Part shown: positions 1 to 37,195 of the stretch, piece after piece
How positions within the stretch are numbered: position 1 is the first letter of the stretch
Layout: every line of letters begins with the position of its first letter
Assembly: GCA_051294375.1 (NCBI GenBank)
Contig: CM119269.1
Location: forward strand, 13,994,552 to 14,058,551
Reading direction: 5' to 3'
Origin: Paraspadella gotoi
Lineage: Eukaryota; Animalia; Chaetognatha
Length of the DNA stretch: 64,000 nt
The notes under the pieces: generated by a model
The model's input: only the letters and a program-made list of their open reading frames with translations
Told to the model about the DNA's origin: nothing
Database searches by the model: none
Program-made: the position numbers and the translations under genes

Positions 1-226
1 AAATGAATATATAAATCATATTATACCATATCACCAATATTTTAATATTACATTCAACTTTGTTTCTCTATTTTTTATTTTTTTTTTTTTTTTGACGGAA
101 ACTGCTGTACGGCGCATCGACCAGCGCAATATTTTTAAAGGCACGCCGGACATTTAGCATGTCTGTTGTCTTATCTCCGTTGAGTGTGAAAAGCTAATTT
201 TCATTTATCGTTTTTGATATTAGGAA

Positions 227-318
<92 letters not shown>

Positions 319-1857
319 AAGAAAGACCCGTTTATAATCCCTATATATATCCTCATGAGAAATTAATCCGTCTCTCCCTGCCTCCCTCCACCCTCTCCAC
401 CAATTAGTCACATTGTCATCAATTAATCGGCGCCGATCTTTTTCCTTCCCATTTTTTATTCCATCGAAGAGGAAAACCCTAGAATGATTCAATGAGAGAA
501 GGAAGAGGAAGAGGAACTGGATCGTGCTCCTTCAAGCGGAGAGAGAAGAGGAAAGAATTTTTCAAAGAGCAGCTTTATTTTCCTTTTATTTTCCTTTTTT
601 TATCTTTCTTTTTTTTTTCCTTTTTTTTCAAAGGAAAATTTTCTGGTAAAACACGCGAGTTGTCGGACCTATCGGTTGAGGCTGGGATGTTTTCCTTTTT
701 TGATAGGGAAAAGTTTTGACGGGGCTGGTTGGTCATTTGAAGGAAAGCGTGGGATTGGATTGGGTGACTTTAGACGTCAACTCTATTATCATATTTTTAA
801 TTTATTATATATTGTTTTTATATTTTTACATATATTTTAAATTTTTATATTTTGATATTTCATATTTTGATATTTATATTTTATTTAATTCATTTTAATC
901 GGAGAATATTTTTAGAAATATTTTTTTATTTTTAGTAATAGTTTAGTTTGAGTGGAAAAGGTTTAGTGGGTGAGTCGACGCGTCGACGGGTCGTGGTCAA
1001 GGATGACCGAATCGTGATTTGGCCGGTCGGTCGTCGGTGACTCGAAACTGACGCTCGGTGGTCACGCGACGTCACAATGACGACGACGACAACGACGACG
1101 ACGACGACGGATCGTTAATTTTTATGTCTAACTACAAAACTTTCAATTCAATCGCCAATAGCGTTAAATCTACTTACTATATATACAAATTTCATGAGGC
1201 AACAATTTTGATTACGATTTTAAATTAAACGTGATAACTATAACGTGATTGATTGATTGATTGATTGATTAATATAACGTGATTGATAACCCAAGCAAAG
1301 CTTTTCTTCTCGTCACGCGAAAATCTCGTTACCGAGAAATAAAGTCCCGTTCACGTCGTCGTCGTCGTTGTTGTTGTTGTTGTCGTTGTCGTTAACGGCG
1401 ATTTCGTCTTTCGGGAAAAAAATGCGGAGGTTGAGTCATGAATTTGGATCCACATTAATTTGGAGCAATCGAGAAACGTTGGCATCATTTTGATCAAAAC
1501 AGTCGACGTCGTTTCTTTTTCTGTTTTATTAATTAAGCATTAATTGTTGGTTTTTTTTAAATGTCTCTTGACTCCATAGACCAATCAAATTCCATATTTC
1601 AACGATCCGGAATCAGCTTCTCCTCCAATCACCGCTCAGTCATCACTAACGAGCGCTATCACTCACTTTCTTTGTCTAAACGAGTCGCACGGGGTAGAAA
1701 AAAGAAATTCGACCATTAAAGGCTTAAGCAATACCGAAATACCACTGGCCAATGAAGAGCCTTCAATTCGCGTTCAATTCCGCCAATCCCAATCGACGTT
1801 GGGCGCCGGATTGAACGGGAATCACGTGACCTTTCGACGCCGCAAATATTGACGGTC

Positions 1858-1897
<40 letters not shown>

Positions 1898-2709
1898 AAA
1901 CGACGAAACTTTGGGAGAAGAGAAAAAAAATGTTTGCGTTTCGCATTAGATGAAGGGTGGAACCAGTGGGGAGCGAGGGGGCGGGGTTGGAACTTAGGAG
2001 AAGGGTTGAGTCTGTGGTTGCTAGGTGACGGAGTGTGAACTTGGAAGAAGGGTTGAGACTGGTTGCTAGGTTGTGGGGGAGGAGCAGGAGCAAGGGTGGA
2101 AGCAGAAGGACGCAAGGGTTGCATTACTAATTTCGAACACTGTTGGAATCAGTATATCACAATGAGGCGTCGTTCGAACTCAGAAGACGACGTATGCATT
2201 AAGCTTGGTTTGGGTGTGAGGGTAAGCTTGGTTTGGGTGTGTGGGTAAGCTTGGTTGTAGGGAATTTAAAAGCCAAAGGGAATTTTCAGATGGAAGTAGA
2301 GAGCGAAAAGGAGGGAGCTCTTTCTGCCAATTCTCTCTGCCCTTCTTCTCCCGTCGGCCACCCTTCTCTCTTCTTTCCCGACATCATTCATTTGAATCTC
2401 TGTTGCAGGTGGGCACCCGCCACCTTCGTCTCTCTCTTCTCTCTCTCCTTCTCTCTCTCTCACATCTCCTCTCTCGTCTCTCCTCTCTCCTCTCTCTCTC
2501 TCTCTCTCTCGTCTACTATCGTGTACCACTCATGGCACGTGACGTCTGCCTCTCTCTCTACTCTTTTCTACTCCCCACCCCGCTTGTGAAAATTCTCTCG
2601 GCCAAGAGAAAACATTTGTTTCGCAACAGAAAAAAAAATGAAGCGACAACAGTTCGGAATGTTTGTTTGTTGTTGGACAAATTAACACGTGGCCTCCGGC
2701 GTCTGTCGA

Positions 2710-2744
<35 letters not shown>

Positions 2745-2847
2745 CACGGTGTCGGTGTCGTCCTTCCCCGCTTTTTGTTTTTCTTTTATTTTCGTCTTTG
2801 TTTTGATTATTTCAACAGTTGATTCCGCAAACGACAACATTGAGAAC

Positions 2848-2901
<54 letters not shown>

Positions 2902-3178
2902 AATTCTGACGATAATACTAGTAATGGAATTTCCCTAAAACATCTTTATTTCTCAACCACTCAACCACTCAACCATTCAACTTCACAACTTCTTAAACCC
3001 ATCAACCCCTCAACTTCTCAACCAGTCAACCACTCATCCTTTTCAACCTCTTTTTCTCTAAAACTTTCGCGACCTTCGAAACAGATTTCGAAGCTAACTT
3101 ACTTTTCTTCTCTTTTTTTTCAGTACTTTTGCCTTTTTTTATTCTCATCTGCTTCGTCTAGCTCCTCTCTCTCTTCTC

Positions 3179-3211
<33 letters not shown>

Positions 3212-3351
3212 TCTCTCTCTCTCGTCCATCTCTTCTCTCCCGTCCTTATCTCTGGGTGAGGCGACGAAAGTTTGGAGGTAAGTTATCGTCCCGCCCCTGG
3301 AGTCGAAAAAGAGAGAGAGAGAGATGAGAGAGGAGAGGAGAGAGAGAGAAA

Positions 3352-3390
<39 letters not shown>

Positions 3391-5632
3391 AGAGAGACTC
3401 AATCTCGCCCTTACCTCGGTCCTTAGCCGAGAGACCAGGAGACGGGAATTCGAGACGGCGGCGGAGCTTTTGATCGGCAGAAGGGGGGAGGAGGAGGAGG
3501 AAGAGGAGGAGGAGGAGGAAGATCGATCGATTGATCGATTTTTTTACTTTAAAATCGAACTGAGAAAAAAAATTTTAAGTTTTGATACCACTATTATAAT
3601 TCATACATACATATATTTTATTTAGAATTTAACGTGGCTGATTCAGTACATTTATAGACATCACACAAAATACGACTCCAGACATGATCAGTTCTGAAGT
3701 CAAAACAAGGTAAAAGAGAAAAGGGAAATATTTCAATCAAGGTTATAAACTATGATATGTATATTAAGGATTTTCTTACAGAAATGATGTGTGATATTTA
3801 TTTAGAAAACTAGGGCAGAAAGTAATATAACCTTGTGTTGTATAGATGCTCCCTCTATTTCCAGAAGACAACTCTAACAATATAATATTTTCAGATTTAG
3901 ATTGTCAAAAACCAAAATTAATAAAAAAAAAAATAATAATAATAAAAATATAAAATTTGTAATTGATAATTTTTATTATATTATAAAATCTAAAACTTAA
4001 AATAGTTAATAAAGTAATTTTGTAATTTTCATAGGTGCTTTTAAGAATCCTAATATTCTTCCGATATCCGATATATTAAACTTCTTTGTGTCATTTTTTT
4101 CAACGTATCATTGTACATACAAAACATACAAATCATTAATATCAAAGTCGCATTTTGTTGCCCAACTTTTCTGTTTTTTCTCTCACAATCGTCGACCTCA
4201 TCATCGCTTCATGATCTTCGTCGTCGTCGTCGATGCTCTTTTGTCTCTGTCTCTGTTTGCGTTGCGTCATCGGCGTCGCCGTCTCCTTCGTTGCCCCGTC
4301 ATGACGTTGCACCTGGACGTCAAATCACGTGACTTCCGCCGCTTTGCGCGGTCACGTTTTCTGGCGGGGAAAATTTCGGAAGCGGAGGAAAGGGATAAGG
4401 GAAAAGGGAGGAAAGGGAAAAATAGAACGGAAATGGAGGAAAGGAAAGGGAGAAAAGAAAAGGGAGGAAAGAAAAGGGTGGAAAAGGGAGGAAAGGAAAT
4501 GGAGAAAATGGAAGGGAGAAAAGAAAAGGGAGGAAAAAGAAAAGAGAGAAAAGGAAAGGGAGAAAATGAAAGGGAGAAAAGAAAAGAGAGGAAAAAGAAA
4601 AGAGAGGAAAAGAAAGGGAGAAAAGGAAAGGGAGAAAAGAAAAGGGAGGAAAAAGAAAAGAGAGGAAAAGAAAGGGAGAAAAGGAAAGGGAGAAAAGAAA
4701 AAGGAGGAAAAGAAAAAGAAAGGAAAGGAAAGGGAGAAAAGAAAAGAGATGAAAGGGAAAAGAGAAGAAAGGAAATGGAGAAAAGAAAAGGGAGGAAAAG
4801 GAAAAGAGAGGAAAGGAAAGGGAGAAAGGAGAAGAGAAAAAAGAGAGAAACGGATGATGATGATGATGATGATGAAGAAAACGGATGAAAGAGGAAAAAA
4901 GAATGGAAGCAGGAAGAATATAATTTATATATTATTTATATTATTATTATTGATACTACAGGGAATGAAAAAGGATGCTGAAGTAAAGGAAAAGAAATAA
5001 ATGATTATCCCTTAATATTTAAATGATAAATTAAATGACTTTGTTTTAGCAAAAATATAATCAGCGCTCACTGATCAATGGATAAAAAAACGATGCCGAT
5101 CACGATATCGTTTTATCAGTGAATCTCACTCAAGAACCGACCGACCTAAAAAATGCCGCTCATTCATATTTTTTATTCGGACTGTATGTTCCTGTCCGTA
5201 TCTTTTGTTTTCCAAATCGATCGTATCTGAGATCGAATTCTCACAGTTGTCGTCGTCGTCGTCGTCGTTGTTGTTGTTATCGTCTTTTACTTCATTCCTA
5301 TGGTCTTTCTTTGACCGCTCAGGATTTCCCTCCCCTGGCGAAGAGGCTTTGCGATAAAATCATTAATGTGCATCAGAATTGTGCAACTATGTTATATTCT
5401 TTTCACCATAGTATGGTAAACATTAACGCTATTTTTTTGCCTGATAACCTAGAAGTTAATACAGTACACAAAAAAGGGCATTTGACGCCTTACCCTACTT
5501 TGGTGGCCTTGAAGGCCGTTCAATGAACGGTGACATCAAAGCTGACATCAAAGGTAATTCAGAAAAGATGAATTGAGGGCGCTAAACTAACTTTGGGTGA
5601 GGCTAAAGGTAAGGCATAAAAGACTTCCTCTC

Positions 5633-5706
<74 letters not shown>

Positions 5707-5827
5707 CTCCTCTCTCTCTCTCCTCTCTCTCTTCTCTCCCTTGCTGACGTTTTGTAAACAAAAAGTCGAAAAACGTAAACAGAGGAAAACAATGGCGGCG
5801 AATCGTGCCACTACAAAGAGTCGGTAT

Positions 5828-5862
<35 letters not shown>

Positions 5863-5885
5863 AGAGAGAGGAGGGGAGAGAGGGG

Positions 5886-5918
<33 letters not shown>

Positions 5919-8104
5919 GAAGAGAGAGCAGAGAGAGAGAGAGAGAGATACAAAGAAATGGGACCACAAGAGTGAGAGAGGCTCTTTTTTTCTTTTGTTC
6001 ATTGTTTTGTGTTGAGGGAAGAAAATGTACTCAAACTTTTTTTTTAAATTCGGATTCGGTTTCTCAAAAAAAAAAAAAATTCTTTTGAATTCTCTAGTTT
6101 TTTTTTCTCCAAAGATAAAAATATCTTTGCTGAGGCTTTAAAAATAAATATTTGTACGGGAAATATCAAGTAGAAAATTGTTTTTCAACGCGAAAATCAA
6201 AATTTCACGTTTTAATAGAAATCTTTGTCTTAATTTAAAACAAAATACTTTTTAAGATTCGAATGGCTAGTGGACAAAAGTGAAACAGCGTTACCTTGAT
6301 TTAAAGCAAAAACCGATCCGTGGACTTTTTGGTTTTCAAAAACCGATTTTTTTTTCTTGTGAGAATTTCGTGCCCGGAATTTTTTGGGGATTGACAGGCG
6401 GCCACGCCCACTGGGAGTGTGACGTCACCAGGAGGGGATTATCGCCGCTCATCGCTCTCTCGAACCTTTTCGCTCTTTCTCTTCTCTTTGCTTTATTTTC
6501 TTTTGCTTTTTTCTTTCTCTTTTCTTTTCTTTCCTCTTTTACTTCTTTTCTCTTTTCCCTTCCTTTGCATTCCTTTCTTTTTCTTTTTTCTTTTACTATC
6601 TTTTTTCTTTCCTCTCTTTCTTTTTCTAATTTCCTTTAATTTTTTTCCCCCACTTTTCCTTTCTATTTGTTTTCATTCTTTTTTCTTTCCTTGTGTTCTT
6701 CATATCTATTTTTGTTACCTCAATATTCATTGACCTGATCTTTACTCTCATCCTTTTTTCTAGTTTTTCAATTAACTTTTTAAAATGTCATTATGTCTTT
6801 TATTACCCCTTTTCCTTATTTTCCCTTTCTCCTTTCTCCTTTCCCTTTTCCCTTTTCCTTTTTCTTACAATCGCCAAACCGCAAGACCTTTCTCCCCCTT
6901 TCAAGAAACTCCCTTTCTCTCTCTCTCTCTCTCTCTCTTTTGTGAAGTGAATTGGGGAAAAAAAAGAGAAAGAAAAACAAAGTTTAGATTTCTTTCACGG
7001 CGTGCCTGCGTGCCTGCGTGCCCGGTGCTGCGTGCCGGTTACGATCCTCGGTCCTGTCCTCGTCCTCTTTTTTGAAGTCGTATTTGGTCACCCACTGGAC
7101 GAATCTTCAATTAATTTCAGTTTAAGCTTTTTCTTTTTTAGAATATATATGCATGAAGGAAATTAAAATCTAAAATTGTCAAATAAGCGTTTCAATTTTA
7201 TATAATACTTCACCTCACAGAAAATTTTAAACCACGAATCCCATCACAAAAACTTCATGGATTTCACAAAATTCATTCCATTCGCTCATTTCTTCTTTTT
7301 TTCGCTTTTTTCTCTTTGAAATTCGATTCCATTGATTCAAATCACTTCTTTTTTTTCGGTTGTCGGTTTAAAAGAGCCTTCGTCTCGTTTTCGTCCTTGT
7401 CGTCGTTGTTGTCGTCATTTTTGTTGTTGTGAGTTTTCTGGTCAGCTTCAACTGGAACCCACCCAAATCTGAAGCAGAGCAATTTGTAGAACATTTCAAA
7501 TTATATTGAGTCAGTCAATATCATTTGCATATTGTCGTGTTTTGACTAAGTATTTTTAGTTTTTTATTCCATTACCTAAAAGGCTTAATTTTTTTATAAA
7601 GGTATTTACTAACAAATTAATTAATTAACCACAAACTTGTCAAATAAATAATTATTAAATTATTAGAATATATTAATTATACATTTCATATTTCTTGTTG
7701 TTCCAGCTGGCTTTTCCATAGTTATTTGGTAGGAGAGCTTTATTCTCAACTTTATTCATCATTTAACTTTTGATAACTTATTCTGCTGGAGATTTTGACC
7801 CGGTGGCGAACCCGGACTGTTCCAATCACTCTCAAATGCTCTTACTCGTTCCGCCACGGAGGCGGGTCATCGTTTTTCTTATCGTTGTCGTGATCGTCGT
7901 CGTGGTCGTCGTCGTGATCGTCGTCGTCTCTTATTCAAAAGACGGCGCTTAATCCCAGTGTCCACAAAAATTCGATATCGCGGTATTTGTGAGCGTGTGC
8001 GTGTGAGTTAAGGCGTAGTGAAAGTTACGTNNNNNNNNNNAGTTAGTGTGCGTAAGTGTGTTTGTCAAACGACTAGAATTTTTGTGCTGCAACGATTTCT
8101 GCGC

Positions 8105-8176
<72 letters not shown>

Positions 8177-8861
8177 ATAGTAAGTATTAAGCCTTTTGCT
8201 AGCTTGATTTAAACAAAATAACTTTCTTTAAATTGAATTGTATTAAAAGCAAAATTACATTTCAAGATGGCATAAGTTGTATTAGATAGTTTTTACATCG
8301 ACGTTGATATTCATGTTAAACATCGCAAGGGATTAAAAAGAAAAAAAAACACAAAATCAAAGTATAAGCGATTGTAAGAGCTACAACAACAGTCCAAATC
8401 AAATTTGTTAAGGGGAGTTGGGAGTGAAATCGTTTCTACACAAAAAACTTTATTAAATAATAATAAATTCGAATACTTTTGTGTAAACTTTAATGATCAA
8501 AAATTAGTACAAGATGGGCGTTTAAAAGAAAAAAAATATTTTTCACTTAATTATAAAACAAACATCTGATCCGAAATCAATCCGTTTTTTAACGTGATGA
8601 AATCAACATACATTGTTTCAAAAAAATTGAAAATAGAATAAACTTGCGCTTTACATCTATATATCTTACAAAAATTAAATTAACAGTCACGAAAAGTCGG
8701 TTTTAACCTTGTTTTGCATATATATAAATACATTCTGTATTGATATATGGCACATTTTTAAGCTTGAAGAAATTATTTTGAATGATTATTCTTGTTTTTA
8801 ACCTGAGAATTTAGATAAAGAGAAGGGGGAGAGGCAGAAGCTCCTAACTGATGGAAAATGA

Positions 8862-8909
<48 letters not shown>

Positions 8910-10154
8910 TTTTGAAAATGAAGGAAGGGGTAGAAGGAGATACTAAATAGCTTAAAAGTGAAAAGGAGGGACTTTTAAAAAAAAATTTTTGGTGGTACAG
9001 AAAACATTTTTTTTTAGAAAACTTTAAACGATATAAATCGGCAAAAATGTATCTTTTAATTTAGCAGGGAGGTTAAGCAAAAGATTCAAAAGGTTTTTCA
9101 TATTAAATAATAATAATGGAGTATTCAATAAAACATTTTATTATTTTATATTTCTGTTTAACCTTTTACACTAAGGCCATAAGGAGAGAGTTGTTTTTGG
9201 ATAGGTTTGAAAAGAATATTATTAGTTATTTAACTATTGAAAAAGGTCGGGGTAAAATTATCAAAAGCTATGTTTTCATAATTTTCGGGAGAAAATTGGG
9301 AATAAAATTCTTGATAAAAAATTGACATTTAAATCTATAAATATTTTCTTAAATTTTTTTTGGAGGATGAATTGAGGAAACGATTAAATTAATGTAAGGG
9401 GAAATTGGTGATGAAATTATTTTAAGGGGACGACGACGATGAGATGATTGATCCTTAGGATTTGAAGGGAATGAAAGAATTTGGTGGTGGGGATCGAAAA
9501 GAAGGAAGGGATCGAGAGATGGAGGGGATCTAAAGATTTGGAGGGGACCGGAGGGCATATAAAAGGAATCGAGGCGTAGAAGGGATCGGAGAAGTTGATG
9601 CGGAATGGGTTGGGGGCTTGGAGATGGATTGAGAAATTATTGACGCGAGGTGGGGATTTGATATTTGGCGATCGAGTTTTGTGACGCCGTTCCAAGCGCG
9701 CCGTTTTCCGCGGGCGCCAAACGACGCCGCGTCCATTGATTCCGGCGTCGATTATTCCAGGTAATTGTGATTTTATTTCATTTATTTTTTGGTCATCCAA
9801 TGTTTGTTTTTTTTTTCTTCGTTTCGTTTTTTGAGTTTAAGGAGAAAACTGAAGTTTCTTTTTTTTTCTGTCTTTTTCTTCGTAGTTTTGAGATTCAAGT
9901 TTTTTTTTCTTCTTCAATGCATCGCCATGCAGAGACTGAAAGGTAAATTGAAATAAAGTTTATTAAAAAAACTTTTATGCTAAGTATAATTGTATAGAAT
10001 TTTGCAATCTTTTAAAGATTGGTATCAAAATTGTTATACTTATAAATCGGTTTAAAAATAAAGTATCCAACTTCCTCATCGACCAAGAAGAGTGTCAGAC
10101 TCTAGCAACAACATTCCATTCAAGAATAACAACAACAACCAACGAACGTGCGAC

Positions 10155-32271
<22,117 letters not shown>

Positions 32272-32951
32272 NNNNNNNNNNNNNNNNNNNNNNNNNNNNN
32301 NNNNNNNNNNNNNNNNNNNNNNNNNNNNNNNNNNNNNNNNNNNNNNNNNNNNNNNNNNNNNNNNNNNNNNNNNNNNNNNNNNNNNNNNNNNNNNNNNNNN
32401 NNNNNNNNNNNNNNNNNNNNNNNNNNNNNNNNNNNNNNNNNNNNNNNNNNNNNNNNNNNNNNNGCGGTGGCGGTGGCGGTGGCGGAGGATTTGAAAGTTT
32501 GGGGAGGGCACGGTAGGAAGCGGAGGTAAGGGAAGGAATGAAAGACAAATTTAAATCGTGAAGGTTCATTGTGTTGATACTAGTTAAGATGATATTCAAG
32601 GATACGTCAGTCAAAGCGGTGTAGCTAGCTAAAAAAAATTAATATTTTTAAAATCTTATCTTGCGATCTTCGGTTTTTTTAATTTAGGACGGAAAAGGAT
32701 TCATTTCCAAATTAGATCTTCTCTGTTTTTAGATCGAGCCTTTTGCTTGCCTCTTTTTCTCCCCCTCGAGCTCATTTCTCTGCCAGCCAGTCTAATTCTT
32801 TGTTTGTCAGTCTATTTATATGTTTGCCAGTCTTTTTGCCATTGGATTCTCCATCGCCACACGATCGCCTTTCCCAGTTTGTTTCCAACTAAAATTTATC
32901 GTCAGTTAATCGACTGGAGTTGTTTAACCTTTTGTTTTTCTTCCAGCTTAA

Positions 32952-33025
<74 letters not shown>

Positions 33026-33746
33026 AAAAGAGAGAGTTGTGAACAGAAAATATGACCGAGTCAAAGTTTGGACGGTGTGGTCGTTGTTGTTGTTGTTGTT
33101 CTTTCTAATATTCTTTCCCGTTCGATCGAGGCTTATGCTACAGTCTGCAAGCAAATTGATACGTAATACATACACAACCACCTGCAGCCCCAGCTTATCC
33201 TCACTCTCTAGCCCAGCTGATGGAGTTGCCTCAGCATCTCCCTCTTCAGCCGAAAAGGAGAAAAGAAATTTTAAAAAGATTGAAACTGAAAAAAGAAAAG
33301 TCGAAGGAAAAAAATTGGAAACTAAAAATGGCTTAAAAAGGGAAAATGGGTCGAGGGCCTTTTCTCTGGCGGGGGGGGAGCTAANNNNNNNNNNNNNNNN
33401 NNNNNNNNNNNNNNNNNNNNNNNNNNNNNNNNNNNNNNNNNNNNNNNNNNNNNNNNNNNNNNNNNNNNNNNNNNNNNNNNNNNNNNNNNNNNNNNNNNNN
33501 NNNNNNNNNNNNNNNNNNNNNNNNNNNNNNNNNNNNNNNNNNNNNNNNNNNNNNNNNNNNNNNNNNAAAAAGCCATCTCTTGGAAAAACAAGGAAAGAAA
33601 AACGACACACAAAAAAAAACTTTTACATGAATTATTTGCTTTTATTTTTAAGCTTGGATTAATTTTTTGTCGTTTTACGCTGAACCCTCTTGAGATAATC
33701 AGACCTCGGTAGCAGAAGGTAAGAGTAAAAGGTTAGGGTTGAGCAT

Positions 33747-33788
<42 letters not shown>

Positions 33789-35722
33789 ATATTAACGGTA
33801 TTGTTTTTCTATTAAAAGAGGGACAGAAAAAAAACGTCAATACGTCAATTAAATTTCTAATTGATTTTAAACAACTGCATGTTAGTTAGTTTTTCTGAAT
33901 TTTACATAACAAGCCTCCATCTCTGAATGCATCGGGGAGAAAAGCATTGAGAGAGAGAGAGACTGACTTCGATGTCCGAAAGCGAGATAGAGACAGAAAA
34001 GGAGAGGGAGAGGTAGAGGAAATCTCGGTCAATCTCGAAGAGAGATTAAGATAGGGAGAGAGAAAGAGAGAGATGGAGATATGNNNNNNNNNNNNNNNNN
34101 NNNNNNNNNNNNNNNNNNNNNNNNNNNNNNNNNNNNNNNNNNNNNNNNNNNNNNNNNNNNNNNNNNNNNNNNNNNNNNNNNNNNNNNNNNNNNNNNNNNN
34201 NNNNNNNNNNNNNNNNNNNNNNNNNNNNNNNNCTAATGGAACGGACAAGTCCGCGGAAGACTGTAATTGGTGGAGGAATAGATGGAATCTGACTTTCCGG
34301 AGAAAAGATGGAGAGAAGGAAAGAAAGAAGATGAATAGAAAGAAAAAGAGACGGGAGCCTTTGTAAGAATAAATAGAAGGAAAAAAAGAAAGAAAAGAGG
34401 AAATAAAAAAAAGAAGACGAGAAGGAAATAAGCATAGAAAGAAAGATAAAAAGAAANNNNNNNNNNNNNNNNNNNNNNNNNTTTACACGTACATCCGAAC
34501 TCACCGGAAATCACCCGTCGTCGTTCATCGTTCGTCGTCGCGCGTCATCGTCCGTCGCCGGCCTGCTGTGTTGCGATGTAGTCCCACTTTCTGGGTCCAA
34601 ATTCATTTAATCGTAGGCTAAAAAAAAACTAACGATCCCCGGAAACCAGTGATTCCCTGTATCTTACAGTCTATATTAAACCCACTTAACCTGAAAGTTT
34701 TCCTCTCGCTCTCGAAAATTAATTTAACAGAAGACAATTCAGTTTCGCTCAATTCCCGCACTCGTACTAACTCCACCACAAAAAAAACAGATGAAGAGCA
34801 AGAAACCCCAAAAAGAACAAATACGGTCTTCGAGCAATTATACCTCTCTTCGACTAAACTCAAATCTTTGTCGTAAAGAAAGGGTCTCGCGGAATCTCAA
34901 AAGGTCTCCCAACCCTCCGCAAATCCCGATATAGCCCAATGGGACAGACGCTCCCTACAGTGAGTTTAGATATGACGCGAGACGTAGACACGTGTCGTAA
35001 TACGCTTTCAGAGCTGGAATCTACGGTGTTTAATTTTAACTTTTAACATTTTAATCTGACAGTTTCATAGGACTGTTTAACAATAAAGAAATCTATTATA
35101 AACAAAAGAAATTTTTTCAATAACGATCAGTTAGTTTCAAGCTAACGAGTTATTCCAAGTATGGAAATTGGTACAACCAATATGTTAAATTACAGTGGGC
35201 AGAAGATCCGTACCATTTTCCGCGCCTTTAGACAGAATTGTCATTAGTCATGTCCATGGAACGAGGATCCCAGGGTTGTCTTCAGGGAGGGGGTTACCGA
35301 GGCCCTAAAATGGCGAACCGCTTAGAAAAGTGGTAGGGTGGTGTCAATGAACTTGGTTATACTATAATCATGATCAACCGGTCAAAACTTATATAACTAT
35401 CTTCGGCTCTATAGGTTGCGGTGAACAGTCAGACAATTGACACTGAACCAAGATGTTTGCGATAAAAGATTCATATGTTTTTGGTCTTTAATCTCGGAGG
35501 CCGCCTTTTAACGAAAAAAGTCTTTCTGATGCCTGTAAAGAAACGTAACGTTCGACGTTTTTTAACCTTTAAAACATATTAAACTTAATAGTGCCTATTT
35601 TAAATTTCCTGGTTTTTGTTAGTTCCGGGGAAGTTTTCAAAGGGACGTAAATGCACAACTTTATTTCTAAAACGAAATGACACACAGAAAAGGAAAGTAA
35701 AACGAGCGTCAGTCATTTAAAC

Positions 35723-35787
<65 letters not shown>

Positions 35788-37129
35788 ATCTCACCTCCAT
35801 CTGCTCCGTGCCCGCCTCTTTGACTCGCTCCCATTCTCTGTCGCGTCTCCCATTACCTCATCCATCCAGGTTCTCGATCTCCTTACGCGCCATCTCCCAC
35901 TGATCTCTATCTCATCCTCCCCCCCCCATCACACTCCTCTCGCCGCATCTCTCTCATCTCTCTGCGCTCGTAAGACGCTCGCCTTAGCGAACGAGGCGAG
36001 GCGGTTATAAAAAGAAATCACGTGAAAAAAAAAGTAAATATTCACGGAACAAGCGTATCTCGTAAGTCGGCGCTAAATCCGGCTTCCTCTTAGAGGAGAG
36101 AAGAGAGAAGAGAGAGAGAGGAGAGAGAGAGAGGAGAGAGAGATGAGGAGAGAGAAGAGAGAGAAGAGAGAGACGAGGCGTGTCCCGGTGCCGATGGAGG
36201 CGATTTATGGTCCATCGGCGGCCTTTTCATTGTGTTTTAGATGGGGAGACGACGACGAACGATAGGCCAACAATCGAAGACGATGAAAGACGACGAACGG
36301 ACGAAGCCAACAATGAAGACGATGTAGACGAAAACACGACGAAGACGAACACGACCTAAAAGGAACAGCGATGGAACGAAAAAAGGGCGTTAAATCCCTC
36401 GAAGAGAAAAATCTCGGGGAAAAGTTTGTCCGATAACGAGAGTTTTGGCCCGACGGGGCGAACATAATGGTGCCGGGCAGAGAATTGGGGCGATCGACGA
36501 CGTGGAGTGCGAGAGAAAAGAAGGGGCAAAAGGGGGCGGGGGGTTAGGGTCACGAGTTGGGACCTTCGACGTTTTGGGTCGAGGGAGGAAAAAGTGATGG
36601 GTTCGCACTTAATGATGAAGGAGATAAGGTTGACTCAATTGTAATTAACTACTGAGTAAAGGTGAGTCTATTGTTAGAAATTCCGAGTAAAATATGTAGT
36701 AGAGAGAAGTAAATGGTGGTACATTGTACCATGGTAAATGGACAAACATATGGGCTAACTTCAATGTTGAACTTTAATTTATTGAACTCTAACTTTTTTA
36801 TCTCTTACTAAGCTTATTCTTAAAGGCACTGTTATTTTTAATGTGAAATTCGTTCACTGTCCAGTGTCCAATGTGTCCAAATCCCTGCCCATGTCAATGT
36901 CCAATTGTCCAAACTATTTGCTCTTTCGCGCCGGGTAATTGCGCGCCAATTAAGGCGCCCCGTTCGTATGGCGCCGCGGGTCGAGGGAATCGCGGATTGG
37001 GTGGCCGCTCTCGAAACATAGACCAGGAGGGAAAACTTCAAAAGAAAAAAATACTTAAGCAAAATAATAGAGAAAAAAAAATACTGAAAAAGAAGAAGAG
37101 ACTTGATGAGAAAATCCAGGCTTCGGTTT

Positions 37130-37137
37130 TAAGGGGT

Positions 37138-37195
<58 letters not shown>

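Noticed and set aside
220-9800. Many ORFs such as poly-RE, poly-LS, poly-D and K/E/R-rich frames
   Set aside because: They are translations of microsatellites and purine tracts that lack stops by composition; no domain or splice-consistent model.
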